NCBI RefSeq assembly: GCF_965197445.1
Contig: NZ_CBDANE010000004.1
Location: forward strand, 263,208 to 327,207
Direction: 5' to 3'
Source of the DNA: Candidatus Palauibacter sp.
GTDB lineage: Bacteria; Gemmatimonadota; Gemmatimonadetes; Palauibacterales; Palauibacteraceae
Length of the DNA stretch: 64,000 nt
In this document: positions 38,329 to 48,562 of the stretch, piece after piece
How the letters are laid out: each line of letters begins with the position of its first letter
Numbering within the stretch: position 1 is the stretch's first letter
Position numbers and translations under genes: made by a program
The notes under the pieces: model-generated
The model's input: the letters and a program-made list of their open reading frames with translations, nothing else
Told to the model about the DNA's origin: nothing
Database searches by the model: none

Positions 38329-40628
38329 GCGGACTCAGGCTCAACCCGGAGCAGAGGGAAGCCGTAGAGCACCGCGAAGGGCCGCTGCTCGTGCTTGCGG
38401 GGGCCGGCTCCGGAAAGACGAGAGTGCTCACCGCCCGCGCCGCCCGCCTGATCGAGTACGGGCTGGAGCCGACCCGTCTCCTCGCCGTCACGTTCACGAA
38501 CAAGGCGGCCGGCGAGATGCGGGAGCGGATCGAGGGGCTGATCGGCCGTTCGACGCGAGGCCTCTGGATCGGGACCTTCCACTCGATCGCCGCGCGACTC
38601 CTGCGGATCGAAGCGCCGCATACGTCCCGTACGCGCGCCTTCACGATCTACGATGAAGACGATTCCGTCCGGACGGTGAAGGACGTGATGGTGTCGGTGG
38701 GTTACGATCCGAAGCGCTGGTCGCCACGCGCGGTGCGCGGCCGGATCTCAACCGCGAAGAACGCCCTCGTGGGACCTGCGGAGTACGCGTCGGAAACCTT
38801 CGATCTGCTCACGGACGTGATCACCAAGGTCTATCCCGCGTACCAGCGCGAACTGGAGCGCCGGAACGCCTACGACTTCGACGATCTCCTGTTCGAGACC
38901 GTCCGGCTTCTGGAGAAGGCTGAAGGAGTGCAGGAACGATACAGTGCCCGCTTCGAGCACGTACTCGTGGATGAATATCAGGACACGAACCACGCCCAGT
39001 ATCGGATCGTGAAGGCGCTGGCCGCGACTCACCGCAATCTCTGTGTGGTCGGGGACGATGATCAGGCCGTGTACGGCTGGAGGGGCGCGGACATCCGGAA
39101 CATCCTCGACTTCGAGGCTGACTTCAGTGGAGCCCATGTAGTACGGCTGGAACAGAACTACCGCTCCACCGGGTCGATCCTCGAGGTGGCGAACGCCGTC
39201 ATCTCGCAGAACCTGGCGAGAAAACCGAAGCGACTGAGGACTCGGCGCGAGACCGGAGACCCCATCCAGGTCGTGCGCTGCGGCGATGAGCGTGCCGAGG
39301 CGGGGTGGGTGTCGTCAGAGATCGGGACGGAGCGCGCGGTCCGAGGACTGAACGAATTCGCGGTGCTGTACCGAACGAACGCCCAGTCCCGTGCGTTCGA
39401 GGAGGCGTTCCGGCGGCGGGGCCTCCCCTACCGCATCGTGGGGGGCGTTCCGTTCTACGAGCGCCGCGAGGTAAAGGACGTCATCGCCTACCTGCGGCTG
39501 CTTGTGAATCCGGCGGACGATGTCGCGTTCCTGCGTGCGGTGGGCTGGCCGCGGCGGGGCGTCGGAGCGAAGAGTATCGAGCGCCTCGCTGCGCTCGCCG
39601 TCCTCCGGGACGAGCCGCTGGCTCTGGCCGCGGCACGGGTCGGCCAGGGTGACGGGATCCCCCGGGCTGCCTTGCGAGGTCTGGGGCGGTTCACGGACGC
39701 GCTGCGGGAGGTGCAGGTGTCGCTGGCTGACTGCACCGCAAGGGAGGCGATGGAGAACTGTGTCGCGACCTTCGGCCTCGCGACGGCGCTCGCGGAGGAA
39801 GAGGACGGACCGGACCGCCTGGAGAATGTTAGCGAACTGTTCGCCGCGGCCGAGGCGTTCGAGCGCGACGACGCGGAGGATGCGATCGAGGAGGCCACCG
39901 ACCTCGAGCTGTTCCTTCAGTCCGTGTCGCTCCGGTCGGATCTCGACGAGGCGGACTTCGACGGTGAGGCCGTGACCCTCATCACGCTCCACAACGCGAA
40001 AGGACTCGAATTCCCGGTCGTCTACCTCGCGGGGCTCGAGGAAGGACTCTTTCCGCTCTCGAGGGCCGTCGAGACGCCCGGCGGGCTGGAGGAGGAACGG
40101 CGTCTGTTCTACGTGGGCGTGACCCGTGCCATGGACCGTCTGAGCCTGACCTACGCGGACCAGCGGTGGCGCGCCGGCATGGCGAGTCGTTCCGCCCCCT
40201 CGAGCTTCCTCGATGAACTGCCCGCCGAACACGTTCATCCGCGACTCGCACGCCCGACGTGGGGCGGCTCCCGGCCGACCCGGAGCGGCCCCCCGGGATC
40301 CGGGCGACGGGCGTTCGGAGGTGGTGTCCCGTCAGGCTGGTCGCTCCCGGCGCCGGACGAGCCATCCTTCGCCTGGAGGCGGGACGCGACGAAGGGGTCA
40401 GGCCGCGAACCCGGGTCTGGCACACCGGGCGAACTCGAGTACGATTTCGAGGACTCCCAGGTGCCACTGGCGCTGGCGCCGGGCGTCCGCGTGATGCACC
40501 CCCGATTCGGTACGGGAGAGATCCTGCAGGTGCACGGGTACGGTCGGGAGGCGAAGGCCGACATCGACTTCGACGACGCCGGCCGCAAGAGGGTCGTCGT
40601 CGCCTACGCGGGGCTGCGTCCGGCCTGA
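38325..40628 (+). CDS. pcrA: ATP-dependent DNA helicase PcrA/UvrD family
   Basis: LNPEQREAVEH...LVLAGAGSGKTRVLT (Walker A)...VDEYQDTN...C-terminal region. The GTG start at 38325 overlaps the kinase stop. The ORF-track N-terminus from 38001 is a different, spurious frame extension. Confidence 0.88.
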   Translation: MSGLRLNPEQREAVEHREGPLLVLAGAGSGKTRVLTARAARLIEYGLEPTRLLAVTFTNKAAGEMRERIEGLIGRSTRGLWIGTFHSIAARLLRIEAPHTSRTRAFTIYDEDDSVRTVKDVMVSVGYDPKRWSPRAVRGRISTAKNALVGPAEYASETFDLLTDVITKVYPAYQRELERRNAYDFDDLLFETVRLLEKAEGVQERYSARFEHVLVDEYQDTNHAQYRIVKALAATHRNLCVVGDDDQAVYGWRGADIRNILDFEADFSGAHVVRLEQNYRSTGSILEVANAVISQNLARKPKRLRTRRETGDPIQVVRCGDERAEAGWVSSEIGTERAVRGLNEFAVLYRTNAQSRAFEEAFRRRGLPYRIVGGVPFYERREVKDVIAYLRLLVNPADDVAFLRAVGWPRRGVGAKSIERLAALAVLRDEPLALAAARVGQGDGIPRAALRGLGRFTDALREVQVSLADCTAREAMENCVATFGLATALAEEEDGPDRLENVSELFAAAEAFERDDAEDAIEEATDLELFLQSVSLRSDLDEADFDGEAVTLITLHNAKGLEFPVVYLAGLEEGLFPLSRAVETPGGLEEERRLFYVGVTRAMDRLSLTYADQRWRAGMASRSAPSSFLDELPAEHVHPRLARPTWGGSRPTRSGPPGSGRRAFGGGVPSGWSLPAPDEPSFAWRRDATKGSGREPGSGTPGELEYDFEDSQVPLALAPGVRVMHPRFGTGEILQVHGYGREAKADIDFDDAGRKRVVVAYAGLRPA

Positions 40629-40638
40629 GTCCGGCGGC

Positions 40639-41106
40639 TCAGCCTTTCCGGCGGTCCCCAATCGCGCGTTTCATCTGCTTTGCGGCCGACACTGTGCGGC
40701 TTCCGCGCCGGAACCCGCGCAGGAGCGAGGCCGTGGTGACGAACGTTTCCTCCGCCTCCTCCTGGACGATCTGAAGCAGCGCCGCGACCTCGACGACGCG
40801 TTCTTCGACGAGGTCCACCATGCGGCCGGTCGATTCGCTGGCGCTCCGGAGGGTTCGGCCCACGTCGTCGGCGTCCGTCTTCAGCCGCGCCGCGATCCGG
40901 CGGGCCTGCTCACTCGCCTGTTCGACGTTGCCCAGAACTGGCTTCAGACGCTCGTTCAGGTCGCCGACAGTGCCGGACACGCGCCTCAGCGGCTCCCGGG
41001 CCTCCCGCAGGAGCCGGATCGCGTACAGGAGGCCGACGAGGATCGCCACCGCAACGACGATCCATAGTGCCATGCCGACAACGATCGCGATCTCGTACGT
41101 GCTCAC
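40639..41106 (-). CDS. DUF948-like membrane protein (N-terminal TM helix plus coiled coil)
   Basis: 155 aa. Host-like GC3 codon usage, which I checked by hand. Convergent with pcrA. Confidence 0.65.
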   Translation of the reverse strand: MSTYEIAIVVGMALWIVVAVAILVGLLYAIRLLREAREPLRRVSGTVGDLNERLKPVLGNVEQASEQARRIAARLKTDADDVGRTLRSASESTGRMVDLVEERVVEVAALLQIVQEEAEETFVTTASLLRGFRRGSRTVSAAKQMKRAIGDRRKG

Positions 41107-41261
41107 TGCCGCTCCTTCGAGGGAGAGTCGGAGGAGAGTATAGGTCTGGCTCCCGAGGCGCTCAACATCGTTTGCCCCCTTCTGCCGGCTGGCTACTTTG
41201 GCGCGGCGGATATGGCGGCCCGGGTCGGGAGCCGCGCCAGGGACGGGCGGGAGGACGAACG

Positions 41262-42548
41262 ATGCACTTTCGGATCGAAGGCGGACACGAGCTGAGCGGC
41301 GTGTTCACACCCGCCGGCAACAAGAACGCCGCTCTACCGATCCTCGCGGGGGTACTGCTCACTCGCGAGCCCGTCCGCCTGGAGAACGTCCCGCGAATCC
41401 GCGATGTGGAGACCCTCCTCTCGCTTCTCGCGAGCATGGGTGTGGAGGGCGGCTGGACAGGTCCGGGAGTCCTCGAGTTGAGCGCCGCCGATCTGGGTCC
41501 CGGCCGCAGCCTCGACCCCGAACTTGCCGGGCGCATCCGCGGCTCGGTCCTGCTGGCGGGTCCGCTGCTGGCGCGTCTGGGTGCGTTTCAACTCCTGCAG
41601 CCCGGCGGCGACTTCATCGGCCGGCGGCGCCTCGACACGCACATGCTTGCGTTGCAGGCGCTCGGCGCGTCGGTTGACATCGGGGACCGCTATCTCCTTC
41701 GGACCCCCGGGCTCATGGGCGCTTCGATCTTCCTCGACGAGCCTTCCGTCACAGGCACCGAGAACGCCGTCCTCGCGGCGGTGACGGCCCGGGGAACGAC
41801 CGAACTCCGGAACGCCGCAACCGAGCCTCACGTGCAGGATCTGTGCCGCTTTCTCGCCACGCTCGGGGCCCGGATCGAGGGGATAGGGACGCCACGGCTG
41901 CTGATCGAAGGGGTGGAGGCGCTCGGTGGCGGCACCTTCCGGATCGGGTCCGACCACATCGAGATCGGAAGCGTGATCGGCCTTGCGGCGGCGACGGGTT
42001 CGACTCTCGGCATTGCGGGCGTGGACCGAATCCATTTCGATCCGCTTCGGGTCGGGTTCCAGCGGCTGGGCGTGGAATTCGAGTGGCGCGACGCTCACCT
42101 CATCGTACGCGGCGCCGGCGAACTCGAGATCCAGCCGGATCTCGGCGGCCAGATTCCCAAGATCGACGACGGGCCGTGGCCGGCCTTTCCCGCCGACCTG
42201 ATCAGCATCGCCCTGGTGGCCGCGACCCAGTGCCGGGGCACCGTTCTCATGCACGAGAAGATGTTCGAGTCGCGGATGTTTTTCGTGGACAAGGTGATCG
42301 CGATGGGCGCCAGGATCGTCCTCTGTGATCCGCACAGGGCCGTCGTGGTGGGACCGTCTCCCCTGAGAGGAGCGACGCTGGAGAGTCCGGACATCCGTGC
42401 GGGAATGGCGCTCCTGATCGCGGCCCTGGCGGCGCGGGGGACGAGCCGCGTGCACAACATCGGCCAGATCGAGCGTGGGTACGAGCGAATTCACGAGCGT
42501 CTGGGCGCGCTCGGCGCGCGGATCGCGCGCGTTGGGTCGGACGGCTGA
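41262..42548 (+). CDS. murA: UDP-N-acetylglucosamine 1-carboxyvinyltransferase
   Basis: MHFRIEGGHELSGVFTPAGNKNAALPILAG... EPSP-synthase-like fold. The active-site loop of this family is present. Confidence 0.92.
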   Translation: MHFRIEGGHELSGVFTPAGNKNAALPILAGVLLTREPVRLENVPRIRDVETLLSLLASMGVEGGWTGPGVLELSAADLGPGRSLDPELAGRIRGSVLLAGPLLARLGAFQLLQPGGDFIGRRRLDTHMLALQALGASVDIGDRYLLRTPGLMGASIFLDEPSVTGTENAVLAAVTARGTTELRNAATEPHVQDLCRFLATLGARIEGIGTPRLLIEGVEALGGGTFRIGSDHIEIGSVIGLAAATGSTLGIAGVDRIHFDPLRVGFQRLGVEFEWRDAHLIVRGAGELEIQPDLGGQIPKIDDGPWPAFPADLISIALVAATQCRGTVLMHEKMFESRMFFVDKVIAMGARIVLCDPHRAVVVGPSPLRGATLESPDIRAGMALLIAALAARGTSRVHNIGQIERGYERIHERLGALGARIARVGSDG

Positions 42549-43363
42549 TGACACCCCTGCGGGAAAGGCCGGCCACAGCACCGCGGGAGGTTCTCGCGGC
42601 ACGGGAGCTCGACGGGCTTCAGGTCGCGGAGACGCTCGTGGATGGCCTGCTGCGGCTGACCGCGTGGGAGGCGCTGGATCCGGCGCTCGTCTGCGGGGTC
42701 ACGACGGCTGCGCACGGAGACTACTGCGTCGTTGGGGAGGCATCGGCTCGCGTCGCGACGGTCTACGCGGAACTGGCCCGCGGGCTCGGCTTCGACTACG
42801 TCTCCGTACCGACGCAGGTCCACGGAACCCGGATCCGCGAGGTCTCATACGACCCCCTCCGCGATGCCACCGCCCCGTTCGTCGCGCAGGTCGGTCACCT
42901 AGATGGGCAGTTCACCGCCGAAAGGGGCTGTCTCCTGGCCGCCACGGCGGCGGATTGCGTTCCCGTCTATCTCTGGCGTCGTACGAGCCGACAGGTCGGA
43001 TTGATCCACGCAGGGTGGCGGGGTACAGCGGCGGGGATTCTGGGCCGCGCGCTGGCCCGCCTCGGGCGACGCGGCGACGGCGCCGGTCCGGCGCTACGTG
43101 TCCACCTGGGCCCTGCCATCTGCGGGCGTTGTTACGAAGTGGACACCCCGGTCCTCAAGGCCTTCGGCTTCGCGGGCGAGCGAGCCAGGCTGGATTTGCG
43201 CGGTCTGCTCTCCGCGCAGGCGGTCGCGGCCGGGGTAGATCGGGCCGCCATTTCAAGCTCTCGCCACTGCACTGCGTGCGGTCCGGCGCGGCTGCATTCG
43301 CACCGGGCGAGTGGGGGGATCGCGGGTCGCATGGCCGCGTTTGTGGGGCTCCGACACGGCTGA
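42548..43363 (+). CDS. pgeF: peptidoglycan editing factor PgeF (YfiH / laccase-domain, polyphenol oxidase family)
   Basis: DCVPVYLW...IHAGWRGTAAGIL...GPAICGRCYEV are the conserved Cys/His motifs of the family. The TGATG overlap with murA suggests coupling. Confidence 0.8.
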   Translation: MTPLRERPATAPREVLAARELDGLQVAETLVDGLLRLTAWEALDPALVCGVTTAAHGDYCVVGEASARVATVYAELARGLGFDYVSVPTQVHGTRIREVSYDPLRDATAPFVAQVGHLDGQFTAERGCLLAATAADCVPVYLWRRTSRQVGLIHAGWRGTAAGILGRALARLGRRGDGAGPALRVHLGPAICGRCYEVDTPVLKAFGFAGERARLDLRGLLSAQAVAAGVDRAAISSSRHCTACGPARLHSHRASGGIAGRMAAFVGLRHG

Positions 43364-43419
43364 GCGGGACCGGCAAACTCCGGTTGCAGCGTGTCGGGGC
43401 CCGCCGTATCTTCCGGCTC

Positions 43420-43433
43420 GTATGTTCACATAC
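43420..43433. promoter_or_regulatory. AT-rich palindrome GTATGTtcACATAC upstream of rimP-nusA-infB
   Basis: 6-bp inverted repeat with a 2-nt spacer in the 92-nt intergenic region, in locally AT-rich sequence. It is a candidate operator or promoter element. Confidence 0.3.
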
Positions 43434-43455
43434 GTCCGCGCGGGGTCGGCGGGCG

Positions 43456-44049
43456 ATGGCGTTACTCGAAGTGGGGAAGCTGTACGGACCCCACTTTTTT
43501 GTTGCGGTCAAGGTGAACCGGTGCCTCCGGAGGTCGACTATTCGGGACGCGGCGAACATCGAGCAAACGGTCGAAGCCCTCGGGTTCGAGGTCGTGCAAA
43601 TGGAGCGTGGCGGCGGCCGCCGGAGACCTCTCATGCGGCTCCGTATCGACCGTCCGGCGCCGTCGTCCGGGCGCTCGGGCGTCACGATCGACGATTGCGC
43701 GGCGGTGATGCGGGCACTCCGTGGTGTGCTGGACAGCGGCGATGGATCGGGAGAGGACTGGGTGCTCGAAGTGTCCTCTCCGGGCGTGGAACGACCACTG
43801 GTGAAAGCCGCGGACTACGCGCGGTTCGCGGGCTCGAGAGTGCGTGTGAAGGGCTTCGCGCCGCTGGCCGCCCGAAGCCGACGGCTCGACGGCACGCTTC
43901 TCGGGCTGGCCGTCGACTCTGGGGAGGCGTTCATGCTGGAGATCGAGGGGGATCGTGTGGAGATCCCGCTGGAGGCTGTAGCCTCGGCCCGCCTGGTCTA
44001 CGACTGGGACGCGGCCGCGGGTGACGATGGAGATCGAGGGAAGAGATGA
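43456..44049 (+). CDS. rimP: ribosome maturation factor RimP
   Basis: [32 protein letters not shown]...LEVSSPGVERPL. It sits in the conserved position 5' of nusA. Confidence 0.85.
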   Translation: MALLEVGKLYGPHFFVAVKVNRCLRRSTIRDAANIEQTVEALGFEVVQMERGGGRRRPLMRLRIDRPAPSSGRSGVTIDDCAAVMRALRGVLDSGDGSGEDWVLEVSSPGVERPLVKAADYARFAGSRVRVKGFAPLAARSRRLDGTLLGLAVDSGEAFMLEIEGDRVEIPLEAVASARLVYDWDAAAGDDGDRGKR

Positions 44050-45449
44050 GCGATCAGATCCCGGTCGTTGAAGCGTTTCGTATGATGGCGGCCAACAAGT
44101 CGCTGACGGAAATAGAGTTGCATGAACTCATCCGTGAAGGGATCCATGCGGCGCTGGCCCGGCGTTTCGGCGGCCCGGTCGATGCGGAGATCGACGTCAC
44201 GGACGAAGGCGACATCTCGATCATCGTGCTCAAGGAAGTGGTCGAAGATGTCGAGGATGCGGCCCGCGAAGTCACCCTCGAGCAGGCACGCTGGGATGAT
44301 CCCGAGTTCCAGGTCGGCGACCTCATGGAGATCCCCGTCGATTTCAGGGACTTCGGACGCAGTGCCGTCATGGCCGCCAAGCAGAGGATCATACAGCGCA
44401 TTCGCGAGGGAGAGCGCGACCGAATTCGCATGGAGTTCAACGATCGCGTCGGTGACCTCGTCTCGGGGGAGGTTCAGGCCAGCGAGCGGGGAAAGCTCGT
44501 CGTGATGCTGAATCGCTCCCGCGAGGCGGAGGCCATCATCCCGTGGCGGGAGCAGAACCCGCGGGAGCGTTTCCGCCAGGGCGAGCCGATCCGTGCCGTG
44601 CTGAAGCTGCTCGAGGAGACACCGCGTGGTCCGCGGCTCATCCTGTCGCGGGCGGACCCGCAGTTCGTCGCATCCCTGTTCGCGCTCGAAGTGCCGGAGA
44701 TCTACCAGAACATCGTGGAGATCAAGGAGATCGTCCGGGAAGCGGGTGGGCGCACCAAGGTCGCGGTCGCGTCCCGCGACGAAGCGGTGGATCCGGTGGG
44801 CGCGTGCGTCGGCCTGAAGGGCTCTCGCGTACAGGCGGTCGTCTCGGAGTTGAGCGGCGAGCGTATCGACATCGTCCCGTGGCACCCCGACCCGGAAATC
44901 TTTGCACGTCGCGCGCTGGCTCCGGCCCGCGTGGCCAAGGTGATCTCCGACCAGGGCGGCCACGTGATCACCGCGATCGTGGATGAGGACCAGTTGTCGC
45001 TCGCGATCGGCCGCAACGGGCAGAACGTCCGTCTGGCATCGCAACTCATCGGATGGCAGATCGACCTCTACTCGAGCCGCGACTGGATGGAGCGGGGCGG
45101 ACAGAGCGGTCTGTTCGCCGGGGGTGACGAGTACGAGATGTCCGATTTCCCGCTCTCCGAACTGGAGGGCATTGCCCCCGCGACGCTGGCGGCGCTTGAA
45201 GCGGCCGGGATCAGCAGCTTCTACGGCCTTCTCGAGATGGACCGGAGTGATTTTCTCCAGGTTCCGGGCATCGGGCCGGATGAGGCGGATATCCTCGAGG
45301 CGCTGATCGATGAGTTGACGGTGGTCGACGAGGCACAGTCGAACGCGGCCGGAGCCGGCAAGGCGGAAGAGGACGAGGGAGAAGAGATTGCTGAGGACGC
45401 GGTGAGCGACGCGGTGAGCACAGCGGCGTCGGCGGAGAGTACCGCCTGA
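44046..45449 (+). CDS. nusA: transcription termination/antitermination protein NusA
   Basis: N-terminal domain, S1, KH1/KH2 (VASRDEAVDPVGACVGLKGSRVQAV), and an acidic C-terminal tail. Confidence 0.93.
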   Translation: MSDQIPVVEAFRMMAANKSLTEIELHELIREGIHAALARRFGGPVDAEIDVTDEGDISIIVLKEVVEDVEDAAREVTLEQARWDDPEFQVGDLMEIPVDFRDFGRSAVMAAKQRIIQRIREGERDRIRMEFNDRVGDLVSGEVQASERGKLVVMLNRSREAEAIIPWREQNPRERFRQGEPIRAVLKLLEETPRGPRLILSRADPQFVASLFALEVPEIYQNIVEIKEIVREAGGRTKVAVASRDEAVDPVGACVGLKGSRVQAVVSELSGERIDIVPWHPDPEIFARRALAPARVAKVISDQGGHVITAIVDEDQLSLAIGRNGQNVRLASQLIGWQIDLYSSRDWMERGGQSGLFAGGDEYEMSDFPLSELEGIAPATLAALEAAGISSFYGLLEMDRSDFLQVPGIGPDEADILEALIDELTVVDEAQSNAAGAGKAEEDEGEEIAEDAVSDAVSTAASAESTA

Positions 45450-45466
45450 ATCTCGGGGATGTCCGG

Positions 45467-45826
45467 ATGACCGCCGGAGGCGGGACGCTCGGGCTGCTCG
45501 GGATCGCCACCCGGGCCGGTCGGTTGGCGCTCGGTACGCGGGCGGTGGACAGCGCGGCGCGCAGGGGGCGGCTGGCGCTGCTCGTGATCGCGGGCGACGC
45601 ATCGCGGCACGCGCTGGGTCGTCTGACGCCAGAGGCCCGCGCGGCCTCTCGCGTTACGGTCGCGAGCCGGAGGGCGCTCGGACAGGCGCTGGGGCGGAGC
45701 GATGTGGCCGTGGTCGGAGTCACTGATGTGGCGCTGGCCTCGCGGATTATCGAACGGGAGCGTGGGCCCGCAGGGGGCGACGACAGCTCCGGGTCGCCAG
45801 AAGACCCGGAAGGGCGGATGCCTTGA
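45467..45826 (+). CDS. L7Ae/YlxQ-like RNA-binding protein of the nusA-infB operon
   Basis: 119 aa. LLGIATRAGRLALGTRAV...LLVIAGDAS is L7Ae-fold-like. It sits in the conserved position between nusA and infB. Confidence 0.65.
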   Translation: MTAGGGTLGLLGIATRAGRLALGTRAVDSAARRGRLALLVIAGDASRHALGRLTPEARAASRVTVASRRALGQALGRSDVAVVGVTDVALASRIIERERGPAGGDDSSGSPEDPEGRMP

Positions 45827-48546
45827 CAAAGAAGCGTGTCTTCGAGGTCGCGGAGGAACTGAGACTCGAGACGAGTCACCTTATCCAGATGCTCCGCGAA
45901 ATGGACGTTCCCGTGCGAAGCCACATGTCGATCGTGGATCCGGCGAGCGTGGCGCGCCTTCACGCGCGTCTGGAACGAGAGCGACGCGGCGAGACCGTGG
46001 CCGGAACGGCCACCCGGGTCCGCCGTCGGCGGCGCCGTCGCAGGGTCACTCCCGCGACGCTGGCACCCTCCGGCGGGCCGGCGGTCGAGATCGGGGAGGC
46101 CCCCGAGCCGTCCCCGGAGCCCCCCGTCGAAGAGCTCTCCGCCGAGGAAGCTGCGGTCGACGAGCCTTCCGCCGAGGAGGTCTCCGTCGACGAGATCGCC
46201 GCCGCCGCGGAAGCTGAGCCGACGATCGTCGAGCCTGCGGTCGAGGTTGGAGTCGAGACTCCGGAAGTCGCGGAAGAGCCGGCGCCAGCGGAGGGAATCC
46301 CGGTCCCTCCGGAGCCCGCCGCCGTCGTCGAATCCGAGGAGGCGCCCGCCGGCACCGAGGTGGATGCGGCCGCCGAGTCGGGCACCGCTGAAGCCGAGCC
46401 GCTGCCGGAAGGGGAGGTTGCGGCAGACGCCGCGTCGCCGCGGCCGGCACGCCGCCCAAAGCCGGTTCGTCGCGACATGCCGGCGGAAACCTCGCCGCCC
46501 GCCGACTCGGGCCCGACGGCCACGGCCGGACCGGGCGGCAAGGTGAGAATCTCGGCCGAGGGATACACCGTCGACGGCCGCCGAAAGTCGCGGGCCGGCG
46601 AGCGGAAGAAGCGGCGCCGGGTGGATCGAAACGCAGTCCAGCAAAACTTCAAGAAGACGCTGGCCGCAATGGGCCAGTCCTCCCCGCGCAAGCGGCGCCG
46701 GGACACGCAGCAGCAACAGCGCGAGGCCGAGGAGGAGCAGCGCGAGCTCGAGCGACGCGTAGAAACCGTCACGGTGCGAGTCAACGAATTCCTCACCGTG
46801 TCCGAACTCGCGGATCTGATCGAGGTTCCGCCGCAGGCGATCATCACGTCGGCGTTCAAGAACCTGGGTCTGATGGTCACCATCAACCAGCGGCTCGACT
46901 TCGGGCAGATCGAACTCATCTGCGAAGAGGCCGGCTACACCGCGATCCGGGAGGAGGCCTTCGAGGCGGACATCTCGACGGACGATGGAGAGGACGTTGA
47001 GGACGAGAGCGCGCTTTCGCCGCGTCCCCCGATCGTGACGGTGATGGGTCACGTGGACCACGGGAAGACCTCGCTGCTCGACCGGATCCGCAGTACCAAC
47101 GTGATTGCGGGCGAGGCGGGAGGGATCACACAGCACATCGGTGCCTACCACGTCCAGCTCTCGGGGGGACGGAAAATCACCTTCCTCGATACGCCCGGCC
47201 ACGAAGCTTTCACGGCCATGCGCGCTCGGGGGGCGGACGTCACGGACGTCGTGGTCCTCGTGGTCGCAGCCGACGATAGCGTCATGCCGCAGACGGTCGA
47301 GGCGATCAGCCACGCGAAGAACGCGTCGGTGCCGCTCGTCGTAGCGGTCAACAAGATCGATCTGCCGTCGGCCGACGTGAGCAAGGTGAAGCAGGAACTG
47401 CTATCGCATGAGGTCATCCTCGAGGAATTCGGCGGCGAGGTCCTGGGCGCGAACGTCTCGGCCAAGACCGGGAAGGGACTCGACGACCTGCTCGAGAAGG
47501 TCCTCCTCCAGGCCGAACTGCTGGAGTTGAAGGCGAACCCGGATCGGGATGCGCGTGGCACGGTCGTCGAGGCCCAGCTCGACAAGGGCATGGGCCCCAT
47601 GGCAACGGTTCTCATCGAAAGGGGTACGCTGGAAGTGGGTACGGACTTCGTGTGCGGCCTCCACGGCGGACGCGTCCGGGCACTTCTCGACGAGCGGGGG
47701 CGCAAAGTGCCGAGTGCGGGTCCGGGGATCCCGGTGCGGGTGCTCGGGCTCGAGGGTGTCCCGCAGGCGGGTGATTCGCTGGTCGTCCTCCCGGCCGCCC
47801 GCGTCAGGGAGATCGTGACCCGCCGCCAGCAACTTGAACGTGAGAAGGACATCCGCCGCAAGGCGACCGGGACGCGCCTGGAAGACGTCTTCGAGGCGGT
47901 GAAGGCGGGCGAGCGAGCGCGTCTGAACATCGTAATCAAGGGCGACACCGACGGATCGGTCCAGGCCCTGTCCGACAGCCTCGAACGGCTGTCGACCGAG
48001 GAGGTTTCGGTCGAGGTCATCCACCGCGCGGTCGGCGGCATCAACGAGTCCGACATCCTGCTGGCCTCGACATCGCGCGCGATCGTTGTCGGCTTCCACG
48101 TCCGTCCCGACGCCGGGGCGGCCGCCACCGCCGAACGCGAGTCGATCGAGATCCGGATCTACAACGTCATTTACGAGGCGGTGGAAGAGGTCAGGCAGGC
48201 CCTCGAGGGCCTGCTCGCGCCGGAGCAGCGGGAGATCACCATGGGCATGGCGGAGATCCGCGAACTCTTCCGCGTGCCGAAGGCGGGGACGATCGCGGGG
48301 TGCTACGTGCAGTCCGGCACCATGCGGCGCAACCTTCCGATCCGCCTGCTGCGCGACCAGGTCCAGATCTATCAGGGACGGATCGAGAGCCTGCGGCGGT
48401 TCAAGGAGGATGTCCGCCAGGTGAAAGACGGGTACGAGTGCGGGATCTCCATCGAGAACTACAACGACATCAAGGTCGGCGATGTGATCGAGTGCTACGA
48501 AGTCGTGGAGGTCGCCCGCACGCTGTCCGGAGCACCAGCCGGCTGA
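45823..48546 (+). CDS. infB: translation initiation factor IF-2
   Basis: TTG start giving MTKKRVFEVAEEL. A low-complexity linker. G-domain VTVMGHVDHGKTSLLD...DTPGHEAF...NKID. C-terminal beta-barrels. Confidence 0.95.
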   Translation: MTKKRVFEVAEELRLETSHLIQMLREMDVPVRSHMSIVDPASVARLHARLERERRGETVAGTATRVRRRRRRRRVTPATLAPSGGPAVEIGEAPEPSPEPPVEELSAEEAAVDEPSAEEVSVDEIAAAAEAEPTIVEPAVEVGVETPEVAEEPAPAEGIPVPPEPAAVVESEEAPAGTEVDAAAESGTAEAEPLPEGEVAADAASPRPARRPKPVRRDMPAETSPPADSGPTATAGPGGKVRISAEGYTVDGRRKSRAGERKKRRRVDRNAVQQNFKKTLAAMGQSSPRKRRRDTQQQQREAEEEQRELERRVETVTVRVNEFLTVSELADLIEVPPQAIITSAFKNLGLMVTINQRLDFGQIELICEEAGYTAIREEAFEADISTDDGEDVEDESALSPRPPIVTVMGHVDHGKTSLLDRIRSTNVIAGEAGGITQHIGAYHVQLSGGRKITFLDTPGHEAFTAMRARGADVTDVVVLVVAADDSVMPQTVEAISHAKNASVPLVVAVNKIDLPSADVSKVKQELLSHEVILEEFGGEVLGANVSAKTGKGLDDLLEKVLLQAELLELKANPDRDARGTVVEAQLDKGMGPMATVLIERGTLEVGTDFVCGLHGGRVRALLDERGRKVPSAGPGIPVRVLGLEGVPQAGDSLVVLPAARVREIVTRRQQLEREKDIRRKATGTRLEDVFEAVKAGERARLNIVIKGDTDGSVQALSDSLERLSTEEVSVEVIHRAVGGINESDILLASTSRAIVVGFHVRPDAGAAATAERESIEIRIYNVIYEAVEEVRQALEGLLAPEQREITMGMAEIRELFRVPKAGTIAGCYVQSGTMRRNLPIRLLRDQVQIYQGRIESLRRFKEDVRQVKDGYECGISIENYNDIKVGDVIECYEVVEVARTLSGAPAG

Positions 48547-48562
48547 CGCGTCGGGAGCCGCC

